From NCBI RefSeq assembly GCF_024521635.1, contig NW_026250403.1:1-64000 (forward strand): 64,000 nt of DNA, given 5' to 3'. The position numbers were made by a program, and so were the translations under genes. A model generated the notes under the pieces. It saw only the letters and a program-made list of their open reading frames with translations, searched no databases and was not told where the DNA came from. The first letter of the stretch is position 1. Every line of letters starts with the position of its first letter. Positions 24,159-36,766 of this stretch are shown piece after piece. The DNA comes from Tricharina praecox. Its lineage: Eukaryota.

Positions 24159-27100
24159 GGGAAAATGTCTTCTTACGGGACCTCTCTGCTTGTTGAGTGC
24201 TGTTTGCCACCTGGGAGAGGGCCGTTTCTTTGGTCTTTTGCTGGCGCTGTAAAGCCTTCTCCGTTTTCCAGAGAGCAGCCTTTCCCCAGTTTTTGTCCTT
24301 GACCGCTGATAATGGCCTACCCCCACTGCAATTTACTGAGATTTTCCGGTTCGGAGGCCTGAATCCCCTGGGCTGGGACCCGCGTGATTGGGGATGGGTA
24401 TTCAGTGGGTTGAGTCAGAACCGTGTCTCTGGATCCCACTTCCTGGCCGGGGAGTCGACTTGGTGTTGTGCCTGTAGATTCATCCACCGTAGGGTTCCTC
24501 TTCCCCTTCCTGTTCTTTTTCTTCGTGTTCTTCGTCTCTGTTGGTTTCATCTCCGCTCCGTCGGTCTTCTCGGGGGAAAAATTTCTGTCCGTCAGCCTAG
24601 GGATGGGGGAATATCCTGCCACCAGCTAACCCAAGAGGTTCAGAAGATTCCCGATCCCCGGGCGCTGGCTTCGTTGTCGCCTCGCTTCTTCGCCGTCAGT
24701 ACAGTACTCGACTCCAATCCCAGCCCCGCCAGCACGCTTACCAACATCTGCCCTCAATTGTGCTAGATATCCACTGTATTTCGATTCAGCCCGCTTCTTT
24801 ACCCCGCCGGCTTCTTCCAACCTTTTTCCGGTTTCCGGAAGCTGCTCACGCTTCGGAACGTGCAGAAGGTGTCTATGCGTCCCACGGGCACGATTGTTTA
24901 CACCTAAGCGGTGTGTGGCCGGTACATGCGGTCTACCGGATGGAATACCCTCGGCGGTCGTAGGATTACTGTCAATCTCCGCCATGGTCGGTGTAGATGT
25001 TCCGGATTCCGGCAGGACCGCTTCCGTGGCCGCAACGTGAGAGCTTGGTGGTAGGTTTCCCGGTGTAGGAACCGCCGCTGCAACCGCATCGACCATTGCT
25101 GAGGGAGAGGGGGCTTCCATGTCCGGAGTGGAAAAGTCCGAGGAGTCGTCCGTCTCCCTCCTCCACGGGAGGAGGTGAAGTGGTTACTGACCGGATTTTT
25201 TCCATGTCTGCAGCTGGCGAATTCGGTGAAGAGTTCGTTTCCTGGATGGCTGGCGGGGTATAGGGTTATCGTACCGGCAACAGACAAAGAGATGAGCGCG
25301 GTATGGCCGTGGATGTGGCTTTAAACGTGCTTGTATTTGTGCAATAGGGCTGGATTGCGGAAATCCAGGGTGTGCGATTGTAGATTGAGGAAACGGATGA
25401 GGAACTAGAGATGGCAAAGGACAGATGGGCGAGAGCAGGCGAGAGCGGGCCAAAGTAAGGAAGAGTGTGAGGTTTATCGTTTGCCCGGTCCATTATGGTC
25501 GTGCATGGACGGCCCCACGATGGCCATGAACGGGAAACATTTCATTACAAGATACAAGAAATCAGATAGAGATAAAGTTTGCAGCCGTCCATACAAGCTA
25601 TAAGTAAATCCTAAAGCCTCCGGAGAGGCCAAACCTGGCCTCTTTGGGTACTTTTGGATGGTCGACATCGTCGAAATCCCAAGGTTCGGATCTAAATCTA
25701 GCGAACAGTTGTCTCGGCCCTGGACTGCCTTCGGGCCCAGCCAGGTAGACCAATGGAACCTGGAGACGCTGATCTTGGCCCTGGCCTACGTTCGCAAACA
25801 ATCAGACCCAACCGCTCTACATACTTCTCGGAGATATTGTCGAGATGCTACATACGCTCCGCCAGGGCATGCCTCGCCAGCATGGTGCCACAAACACGAA
25901 ATGCCCGACCAACCCGTATTTCGGTACGGACGGCCCGGGAAGAAGTCGATTGTAGGTACGTAAGCTCTCAAAGCTTAGGTAGTCTCGAGATGGAGCATAC
26001 GAAAGAAAACTTTGACGTTTGAATAAAGTTCTCTTGATAGAAATCCGGAGAAAGTGCGAGAGTATGTATGTTTGGGGGGGATCCGCAGTTTTTTTCTTTC
26101 TTTTGGTTGATCATGATTAAGTCCGACCTTGCGTAGATCACGGTGGATCCGTATCTGTTTTGTTTTGTTTTGTTAATTATTTGGGAGGATCCCGAGTCGA
26201 AAGTGGTGTCAAAACTGGCCACAAAGAGTGATATCTCATGCAGCTCTCCCATGCGAGTCGGGGCCACGTACTCTACTCTACATACACATGTGCAAGGTAG
26301 GGAAGTAACCATGTCCTACATGCTCTACACAGTCCACGATCCAGGCACAGGACCCCCGCAATCTCGCCTCAGATCTCCCGCCATTTCACCTCGGGCAGCG
26401 CCCAGCACAAAGTTTGAGCGGCGGTTCACAGCTTGATTTACTCACATACCCATCCAGAGAGCACACAAACTTCAACTTCAACGGGACGAGCGGCCTCGGC
26501 GAGAACATGGCGCTCGACTCAGCCCCGAGAAAAAGCAAAAGGATGAGGGGGATGTGCGGGGGCAGGCAGCACGACACGCGGTCCCGAGTTCGAGCTTGTA
26601 CTACCCAGTACATGCTGTCCTCGATCTAAGATGTCAAGCGCCGTGTCCAGCGGGGATCCTCACCAGTGTGTCGCGACTCGCAAAGTTGGGACGGTGGTTC
26701 AAGGTTGTGTTGATGCGCGCAACATCATAGGTACTCTATCGACTTCGCTTGGCCTGCGGATTAGCTGTTTCAAGCAGTCCCGTCGAAACGTCCGTTGGAA
26801 CTGGAGAAGATGGGCCTGGGGTTTCAGGTGACCAGCTGTGGCGGTGCTGGTGGTTCCGATCTTGCCGTGGCGCGTGCGTGAGACAATATTTGGTTCATCA
26901 TCTGGCCAGGATGTCAAAGTTCCTCTGCCAACTAACTGCTATGGTAGGATCTGGTGGGGGCTTTCGGCGCGGGGGAGTCTCCGACACGCAAAGGCACGTG
27001 AAGTGATGATGATGAAGATTATATCTGTGCTTACGCGCACCGGTAGGCATATAGTACCTGCTATAGTGACTACCCGGTGCCTATAGTATGCCATTCTACT

Positions 27101-27740
27101 TGGTATCCTTCGAGGTCCACTCGCGGAGGAACCGTTGTTGAGGATGAAGCGAGGCGAAAGGGCAGCAAGACAGCGACGGTTCGGTCCGCCCCAAGACGAC
27201 GGGTCCGGGCCCTTTCCAGAAAGCATCATACTTCTCTCGCTCTTCGCCGGCGTCGGTGCCGTGGCATGGGGTGCCTGTGCTGATCTATGGAAACAATATG
27301 GAACAATTTCCTTTCAAATCTCCACAGCCACACTCGACCACCTGCGTGTTAGTTAGCCGCTTCATGTGTGCTCTACATACCATGAGGATGGCGACCCACA
27401 CAGCTGCGAATAATATGAATGCATGTCCGTGTGTGCTTTCTCATCGATCCACACACCCCTCGTACGGGACCCTTTCCAACATTACCATCCCTGTGAATGC
27501 CCCGTTTTACCAGCGGCGGCTCAAGAATACCAGTACCACTGTACATACCAGTCTTCACAGCGACCACTTATTTTCTATGTATACCTTGTACTTGCCTCCC
27601 CTGTGACTTCTAGATATCCATCACGCCGCTGTTCCGCTCGGTCACTCTCTGTGCGCTGTGTGCGTGCGTGCATCTCCCCACTACGCTCCATCTGACATCC
27701 TTCCCTTAGCGACAAGACTATGTTCTAATTCCATCCCAAC

Positions 27741-27800
27741 CCACCACCTCCACCACCTCCACCACCACCACCACCACCACCACTCGACCACCACCACCAC
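27741..27800 (+). repeat. (CAC)n microsatellite upstream of the PAP2 gene
   Basis: Imperfect CAC/CTC trinucleotide run. Confidence 0.8.
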
Positions 27801-28167
27801 AAGTCTCACACACCACTACCAACATAACTCAACACACAACAAACTACCCTGCCAAGTGGTGCCCGCCGAGAAAACAGAAGACAAACGCGCTTCTCCGGAA
27901 CATCTTCTTCTCACGCATCAACATTCTTCTTCTTCGACGACAGCATCGCCCGACAGACAGCCAAACCCCGACAGCAGAGTGACAACGCACAACACTCTTC
28001 TCGTTAGGACCCCAACCTCGAACACTCCGATCTTCGGTAACCACCGCCGCTGCAGTCACGCGGGCATCTATTCGCTGCCTTGCGACAACGTGCTGAACCC
28101 GAACCCGAACCCCCTACTTCGATCGCCTGTCTAGGCATCTCTTCCGAAGAACGAATCCGAGTCACAG

Positions 28168-29928
28168 ATGGTTTCTCTACCGGCAACCATATATCGGGAT
28201 AGGGGATGGAGACAGCGATGGGTGTTGTCGTGAGTTGGTCCCATCCTTATGCGGTGCTTCTGGCGAAGGACGGAAGCGAAGATCGAGCCTGAGAGAAGAG
28301 AAGAGCTGCATCGTCGTCTTGGCGATAACTCCCTCCATCTCCCCCTCCCCCTCGCTCTCACTCCCAGCTTCGGCTATTCATGCAGCAATGGCTTTACTAA
28401 CTTGGGGTTCACGGGAACAATAGATACATCTTCGACTACGTGATAATAGTGTACGTTGACCTCGCTACACCTTGACCGGCACTTCCCCCCCGGTCGCTCG
28501 TCTGCGCTCTCGCTGACGGCTATAGACTCCTCGTTCTCGGCTTCTCGGCGCTAGATCTGGCAGAACCACACCACCAGCGTTTCTCGCTCAATAATGATTC
28601 CCTTCAATACCCTTACGCCGACCCCGAACGTATCTCGCCGCTCTGGGCCGGTGTGATATCAGTTCTCTTCCCGATCATTTGCATCGCCGTATGGAGCATG
28701 GTCATCGACGGAATGTACTCGCATCACAAGCCGCCGACCAACCGGTCTAGAATACTGAGCGGCCCTTGGCAGATGAGTGATAGGCTATGGGAGATGAATT
28801 GTGGTATTCTGGGATTGGGACTGAGCGTTGCTGGAACCATTTGCGTCACGGGCGCACTCAAGAATGCGACGGGCAAGCCGAGACCGGACATCATTTCGCG
28901 GTATGTCCCCCTGGGAAAGCGAGTGCTAGCAGCGCCAAGGCTAGAACACAACTGACGCTTGGGGAACGATAGATGCATTCCGCGTGAGGGTTCGAGAAAT
29001 GCTGCCGTATGGGGTCTGGTCACATCGCAGATCTGCACCCAAACGAATCACCACGTCCTGAAAGATGGCTTCAAGTCCTGGCCTTCCGGACATGCCTCGA
29101 GTACACTCCCCCCCCCCCCCCCCCAAGAGGAAAAAAACCCCCACCTCGCATTAATACTGACAGAGCACAGCTGCATTTGCGGGTCTAGGTTACCTCTCCC
29201 TGTTCCTCGCCGGAAAGCTACACATCATGGACAACCGCGGTGAAGTCTGGAAGACGGTGATCGTCTTGATTCCGTACCTCGCCGCTTCGCTAGTCGCTGT
29301 TTCCCGTATCATGGACGCCCGTCACCACCCGTTCGATGTGCTCACGGGCGCTGCTCTCGGCCTCGGAACGGCCTGGATCTCGTACCGCCAGTACTTCCCG
29401 GCCATCTCCAATTCGCGTGCCAAGGGACGTGCATACTCCCGTCGTACTTGGGGTGCCGACACCCACGAAATGGGTGGTGGTGTCGAGCCCGTCTCCGCCG
29501 TTGAGTACACCAGTGCCTACAACCTGCGCAACATGGAGGAGGGACGCACCGCCTCTTCCGAGAGTCTGGAAAGCGAGGGAAAGACACGGAAACGGATGCC
29601 CGGTGGACAGCTTAGAGGGCCTCGACTGTTTACGGATGTGGGACAGGCACCGCAGGGACACCAGTCGGAGATCGAGTTGATTGCACCACAGCAGAGGCAA
29701 GGCAGCACTGCCGAGCTCTCGCCGAGCCGTGGGAATTGGCCGGCACAGGACAACAGCAACAACAGCAACAACAACAATATCAGAAACCATGATCATGACT
29801 ACAGGGGTAGTGTGGATATGGGAGAGCGGGCTCGGAGGGCAGACGCCGAGAGTCCGGAGAGTGCAGGGCGGCCACTGAGACTAGGGGCGATTAGTCCACC
29901 GCCCGCTGGTCAGGGGTTGGATGGATAG
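28168..29928 (+). CDS. PAP2-family lipid phosphate phosphatase (Dpp1/Lpp1-like; ~449 aa, 5 exons)
   Basis: Exons 28168-28229, 28424-28450, 28526-28900, 28973-29100 and 29171-29928 join in frame. The three PAP2 motifs are KNATGKPRP, SWPSGH and SRIMDARHHPFD. It has multiple TM segments and a disordered C-tail. Confidence 0.93.
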
Positions 29929-30884
29929 GTCTAGATGAGTGGTTGTCCGAGGGGGTCTGGGGGAGGACGTGCGCGCTTTTTTTTCTTTTTTGTTTACATG
30001 TCTGGTGATTCGATCAGGGTGGCTGGTCCTCTTTACGAGCCTTCTTTTCGCATTTCAGATGGAGTCAATTCACGATGAAACGGCAGGCTATACCTCTCTC
30101 TCTCTCCGTTCTCCCTCACTCGCCATATCTTCAATCTTTCATGTCTCGCGTACTATACCACCTTCATCCTTGGGTTCTTTTCTGTCTGTTCTAGGGTTGT
30201 TCGAGGGGTCTGTTCTTTTTTTTTCCTCCCCAAGGATTCTGTGCATAGCAATATTTGGTGATTCGAGCAAAATGATGATACATTTTCTTTCCTTTCATCA
30301 TTCCGTCCTTCCTTTCTTCTTCACTACCCAGCTATGCTGGAGTACTATATGTATGCTCTACTAGTATCAATAGGGCTGTCTCCATAGTAGAGTAAGTGTA
30401 CTCTACTCCACTTCTCGACGTCTCCAATTCCTGTTTCGATCGTGATGAAATCTCTTCAGTAAAGCAAAGCGCCTGTATGTATGTAAGGCAGGCGGCGCAC
30501 CCTCGCAAGTCCTCTTATCGTGCAGTTCGCTGCTCGCCAATGATAATGCTGCATCCCGGGCCGCCCCGCACTAAGAAAAGAAGACTCGACCGCCACCACC
30601 ACCACCACCTCACGGCACCAGGCCAAACGCGGCCTGCGGGGCAAGAGCCCTGACAACTTCTTCTTCGAGAGAAAAAGAAAAAAAAGAGAGCGATTTAACA
30701 GAGCTCGCCCGCGAATTGCTCTGCTGGGTTTTATCGGTCCGAGGAAACTCAATTCAGTTCAATTCAATTCAATTGCTCCACGCGAGACAGTTATAGAAGT
30801 GAAAGTGAGAGCTCCAGAGCCTAGAGGTGTGTTTTTCTATACCTACATTGGGCTGGTTACCCCGCTCCCATCCATTCTATTTGG

Positions 30885-30937
30885 CTGTGCTTTGTGTGCT
30901 TTGTGTGCTTTGTGTGCTTTGTGTGCTTTGTGTGCTT
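30885..30937 (+). repeat. (TGTGCTTTG)n 9-bp minisatellite
   Basis: About 6 tandem units upstream of the helicase. Confidence 0.85.
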
Positions 30938-31219
30938 GCTTTGTTGTGGGGTTGCTGCACGTTTCTTGGATTGAGCTCCAGTTCTTCCACCACCAGCAAG
31001 TCTGATCACCGCCCCCGCCCCGCAACCCTCATCTTCAACCTTCCCCGCATCAATCCCATCAACCGTCAAAGAGACGAAGAGAGTAGCAACTACTAACCTC
31101 CGCATCTTTCATCATCATCAGAACAACCCATCACACCACACCACATCATCAACGGGCCGGTCTTGCAGCAGCACATCAAGCAGCTACCTCACACGCATCG
31201 CGACCGACCGACCGCAATC

Positions 31220-34200
31220 ATGGCCGCCGTCGCTGCCTTGGACGCCGCTGCCGCGAGCACCACCCCGCAAGAGCAACTACTGGACTGGTACAGCACGCGG
31301 CACCCGTTCCGCGTGAACCTGGTGGGCGAGTACGCGGGCTCCTCGCCGTTCATAATCGACGGCGACTCGCTGCTGCGGCACATCTTCTCGGACTCGCGGA
31401 TCGACTTCTCGTCGGGCTTCCAGCTGCTGCACGCCGTCTACGCTGTCGAGCGCTTCCTCGACGACCTCACGAGGCGGAATTGTGTCTTCGATGTTGTCTT
31501 CTTCGAGCAGCATAGACGCGTGGCGGTCCCCGCGTGGAATAGGAGGGGTGCGTGGAAGTATGCGTTTGCTCGTGCGGTCGTCGTTAGGCATCTGCAGGCC
31601 CTGAAGCGGGAGGGCGATCGGTTCGTCTACAGGTTCAGGAGCGTGCGGGATGAGGAGTTTGTGGCGTGGCTGCAGGCGAGGCGGCCGTTGTTTGTGATGG
31701 CGCACGACGGAGAGGATATTCTCGAGGAGGGGATCCAGGAGGAGGTGGTGGCGGAGGGCAGCGAGTCGGCCGAGGAGTGGGAGGTCAAGGCTATGATCTA
31801 TAGGTTTATGCATATGGGACGTGGGTATAATGTGGCGCAGATTAACAGTGTGATATTCTCCGACAGCAAGGTGTGTGCGCTCTGTGAGTGTGTTGTGGAC
31901 GGGCTGCGGGAATGCTGACTTGTGTGTAGATCCTCGCCCTACTCCTCGAGGCTGGACTTCGACGTTCAGATGTCGAGTCGGGTGCCGATTCCATTGACAC
32001 GGCGATCGTCGAGGGCGTCGAGTCGGCCGCGAAGGAGCCCTTGTCGCCACTAGAGTTTGAGAACGCCGACACATTCAACGCCCGCGAACGTCTGACGATC
32101 TACACACTCATCCGATTATTCAAAAACAACTCGGAGGATGTCGCCAAGTTTGCACCGATGGCGTCCGCATACCTCCTGCACACGGCGTTCCTGAACCACC
32201 TGTCGCTCGAGGAGCGGCACCTGTATGCGTCGGCCGAGGACTTGGACGACATCAATAAGACGGCAGATGTCGATGCGTTCCTAAAGTGGTTCTACGCCGA
32301 GGCTACGAGGGTTGTCGAGGACGACGAGGCTCTGCACATGCCCGAGACTGTGCCGCTGTGCGATTTCGTCGATGGACGGCTGCTACTGAAGCTCTTGGCG
32401 CAGAAGGTCGAGGTGCCGGAGGTGGTGGCCAAGGACTTCGAGAGGCTTGCCGAAGCCGTCAAGGCTGCTGTCGAGGACGATTGCACTCTCGAAATCGCTT
32501 CGCCTGTACTTGCTTCCGTCGAGAAGGAGCTGCCCCAGCCAGAGTCGCAGGCCCTCGTTCCCATCCTGCCCTTCAGCAACCCGCTATTCGACCAGCATCT
32601 CGAGAATATCAACATCGACGTCGATGTTCTCCCAGAGGACAACGAGTTCGACGCACAGGTCACCAAAGACCAGTACCGCCCGTTCAAGGCGAAGAAGCCG
32701 TTCAAGGAGGCCGAGAAGCCCGAGGCGCCCGTAAATGGTGGTTACCGGGTGGAACGGAAGCCGATGCTGAACAAGGGTGGTCGGTTCGCGATGGTGGATG
32801 TCCTCGAGAAGAAGCAACAGGGGAAGGTCCGCAAGAAGGATCAGATTAATATGGCTTCCATGCAACGGTACGCTGCTAGTTTGTCGGACTCGCTCGACGG
32901 AAGCTTGAACCAGAAGCTCATCATCTGTGATGACGCTGTCGGCCCTGCAAAGAAGGCGGTGCAGGGACGGCCGGTGAAGGGCAGTGCCAAGAAGGTGGAA
33001 AAGGCTGAGCCGGCGCCTGCCGCTACGGGTAAGCCGGGGAAACAGGTCAAGGCCGGCAAGAAGGAGGTGGTTGGAAAGAAAGAGGTGGTTGGAAAGAAGG
33101 AAGCGGCTGGAAAGAAGGCTCCCGTCCTGTCCAAGGCGGACAAGATTAAGGCCGAGAACGCGGAGAAGGCGGTGCTCAAGGAAGCGAAGTCGCTGCAGAC
33201 ATCGTGGAGGAACCTCTGCAACGAGATCAAGATCACCAAGGATCAGGATCTCGTCATCTCCCGTCTCGACGACCACCAGAAGAAACTTGCGAGTGTTGTT
33301 CCCAAGAAGGTGGCTGACGACCACGAGGGGCGTTTCATTGAGCTCGAGGTGCGGCTTTACAAGATCTGGACGCTGCAGAAACAGTGGATCGCGATGTGCA
33401 AGGCTGGCAAGAAGGAGGATGGATACAATACTGTTGCCGTGCTCTTCGACGAGGCCAGGAAGGCGCTGCAGAGTCCGGCTCTGTTCGCCGCTGCCAAAGC
33501 CATCATCCAGAATGTCTTCGCTGGACTGGGAATTGCGCTGCCACCTGCCAAGGACATTATCCCGGTGAAGAGGACCATCAACTTCACGACCACTTGGACC
33601 GGAAAGGTCGACACCGATGAGTCCAAGCTTGGTATGTCTTCGGAGGAGTTCCAGCTGATGTACTTTGGCCTGTACATGGATCGGAACATGGATTCGGCGC
33701 CGGATGACCGTGTTCCCTTCGAGCCCGATCTCTGGCAGAGACAGGTGCTGGACGAGATCGACGCAGACAACTCGGTGTTTGTCGTCGCTCCTACTTCCGC
33801 CGGTAAAACTTTCATCTCGTTCCACGCCATGGAGAAGGTCTTGAAGGCGGACGACACTAGCATTCTCGTCTACATCGCCCCGACCAAACCGCTAGTCAAC
33901 CAGATCGCCGCAGAAGTCATCAGCCGATTTCGCAAGAATTACCGGCACGCTGGAAAGACCGTGTGGGCTATCCACAATGGAGATTACTTCACCAACAAGC
34001 CGACTGAGTGTCAGATTCTTATCACGATTCCGTCCGTGTTGTCGACCATGTTGATGTCCCCCATGAATGCCAAGAACTGGGCCCCCCGAGTCAAGCGCAT
34101 CATTTTCGACGAAATCCACTCCATCGGTAACGCGGAGGACGGTGTCGTCTGGGAGCAGCTTTGTCTGTTGACTTCGTGTCCCATCATCGCGCTGTCGGCG

Positions 34201-36766
34201 ACTGTCGGTAACGCGGATGAGTTCAGCGATTGGTTGTCGGCTACCCAGGGTTCGCTCGGTATCAAGTTGAACATGATCCAGCACAAACACCGGTACTCCG
34301 ATCTGCGGAAGTTCGTCTACCACCCTCCGAAGGCTATCGGTGCCGAGAGGTTCACCGGACTTCAGAGGATGGCGAAGTACGGACAGATCGATGGAACGCC
34401 GGGCTTGAAGACTATCCACCCCGTTGCTGCACTTGTCGACCCTACCCATGGCATTCCTGACGATTTGGCGCTGGAGCCATCCGACTGCCTTAAGCTTTAC
34501 CAGGCTATGAAGCAGGCGGCGACGCCGGAGTTCCCGATTTCTGCTGATATTGATTACAAGAAGGTTTTCGGTATCATTGGAAAAGTCATCAAGAAGGCCG
34601 ACGTGGTCCTCTGGGAAGCACAGCTGAAGGCGGTTCTGAAGGACTGGATGTTGCAGGCTGACAAGTCGCCTTTCAACAAGGTTGTCGAGCTGCTGCAGAC
34701 CAAGCAGCAGGCGACCGAGGATACGATCGATGTTTCCACAGCTTCGGAGCTCATCAAACACGAAAAGGCGCCGGAGGATCCTAGGCTCGCTAGGGAGGTG
34801 TACCAGGACTGCGATGTGGTCACACTTACACACCTGCGCGAGAAGACGCTTCCATTGCTGTCCAACCTCCATGCGGCCAACTCCCTACCTGCGCTCATGT
34901 TCTCGTACAGCCGTTCGCTGTGTGAATACATCTGCATCAACATCACCGAGCAGCTCAAGGAAGCCGAGGACCACTTCCGCCAGACGGATCCGAGATGGAA
35001 GGCCAAGATCCGCGAGTGGGAGCAGTACGTTGAGCGCCAGAAGAAGATGGGCAACAAGATGCGCAAGCCGAAGCCGGACGAGGGCATGACCAAGTCCGAT
35101 ATGGTTCGCGACCAGGCCGATACCGAGTCCAGCACGCTGGACAATTTCAACCCTGAAGACCCGCTGCCGGAGTTTTCGTTCGCCGACTTCAAGAGGTACA
35201 GTCAGTCTGAGTGGGATCAGGATCTGAAGAACTTGGAGAAGTGGGAGATGCCCTTGCAGCTGGTTGAGGCTTTCAAGCGCGGAATCGGTATTCACCACGG
35301 TGGTTTGAAGAGAGCGTACAGGCAAATGTGAGTGTACCTTCCTTATGGGAGTAGATGGATGGCATGGGCTAACTCTTGACAGCGTCGAGACTTTGTTCCG
35401 CAAGGGATACCTCCGCGTGATCATCGCTACTGGAGATTTGGCGATGGGTATCAACATGCCTTGTAAAACCGTCATCTTTGCTGGCGATCACACGCAGCTT
35501 ACCGCTCTCAACTACCGCCAGGCTGCTGGTCGTGCTGGTCGTCGTGGTTTTGATCTCATCGGAAATGTCATCTTCCACGGTGTGCCACTGGACAGTGCGC
35601 TCCGCCTCATCAGCTCCAGGCTGCCGAAGCTGCGGGGTCACTTCCCTATGAGTACCTCGCTCGTTCTGCGGCTGTGCATCCTGCTCAGCAACTCGAAGGA
35701 CTCGGAGCATGCTAAGACTACGATCAACACACTACTTCGCCAGCCTAGGCTTGTGATTGGCGCCGAGAGCAATCCCAAGCAGGTTCTGCACCATCTGAGG
35801 TTCTCGATCGAGTACCTGAGGCGGAAGAAGCTTCTTGGCGAAGGCGGCAGTCCCCTGAACTACGCGGCTATGGCAGGTCACCTCTATGCTTCCGAGAAGG
35901 GTGCCTTTGCGCTTCACACATTGCTCGTCGAGGGCTACCTGAGCACATTATGTAAGGACTTCGTGGGCGCAGACATCCGCGGCAAGGAGAAGATCTGCGA
36001 GGAGTTTATGCTGGTGCTGTCTCACCTGTTTGTTCGTCGCTACGTACAGCGTGGCCGCCACGGCGTGCGCCTACTCCCGCCGCTTCCCCAGGAGGCGCTC
36101 GACGTCATGAACGAGTGGAACGCTGAGACACTGGCTACATACACCACCTACGTCGAGACGTTTGCGAAGCAGTACTGTACCGACACCCCCGACGCCACTT
36201 TGCCGTTCTCGCAGAGCACCGTCGGTGGCAGTGGAGTGGACCCCGCCTCCGGACGCACCCGCGCTCGTTCCAACTTTGTAGCTCTCTCGGGCCACACCGA
36301 TCGCTTCGCGTCGGTTAAGGACCTTTCCTCGTCGCTCCGCTCCGGCATCTTCTTTGAGGGTTCGGCAGTCCCCTCCCTCGGCTTTGGTGGGAACGCTCGC
36401 CTCAACTCGTTCCTCCTGGACTTTTACATCCACGGCGACACCAAAAAGCTCGCCGTCGAGAACCGCGTCACCCAGGGCGTCATCTGGTACGTGCTCAAGG
36501 ACTTTTCCGACACGCTGGTGACCATCCGCAAGGGACTTATCGCGTGGATCCGCGACGGGCCCGGCGCGTACTTCGAGGTCATGTCGGGTGAGCGCGAGGG
36601 CGAGGAGGGCGTCGATGAGGTCAACGATGAGGAGATTGAGGACGAGATCGAGGAGAGCGAGATGGTTGAGGCTGAGGGTAGGCGTAAGGCTGTCACCGAT
36701 GTGCTCCGCGTCCTGAAGGAGGTCCAGGGTAGGTTCGATGAGAAGTTCAGGCCGATTTATGCTTAG
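31220..36766 (+). CDS. DDX60-like Ski2-family DExH RNA helicase (~1810 aa, 3 exons)
   Basis: Exons 31220-31870, 31930-35327 and 35383-36766 join in frame. The N-terminus NLVGEYAGSSPFIIDGDSLL...FQLLHAVYAVERFL is typical of DDX60 homologues. Helicase motifs: FEPDLWQ, APTSAGKT, DEIH, LSAT, RGIGIHHGG, GINMPCKTV and QAAGRAGRRGFD. Confidence 0.9.

Larger units (their letters stand above)
21021..25205 (-). pseudogene. Decayed ~4.2 kb gene for a large low-complexity/coiled-coil protein
   Basis: A chain of collinear minus-strand ORF pieces. Reading frames continue across in-frame stops: TAG 24628-24626, TAG 22683-22681, TGA 21914-21912, TAG 21482-21480 and TAG 21305-21303. Several frameshifts are apparent (~25155, ~24315, ~23980, ~23100, ~22600). 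An intact-looking intron lies at ~23063-23013 (GTAAGT...CTGAC...TTTAG). Confidence 0.6.

Noticed and set aside
21021-25205. Premature TAG codons read as sites for restorative A-to-I editing in the sexual stage
   Set aside because: Editing could fix UAG codons but not the several frameshifts, and the Gln-rich context fits CAG>TAG better than Trp. Worth revisiting only if the frameshifts prove to be assembly errors.
25600-27300. Scattered short ORFs between the pseudogene and PAP2
   Set aside because: I could not assemble a consistent exon chain or recognise a domain. A degenerate gene cannot be excluded.
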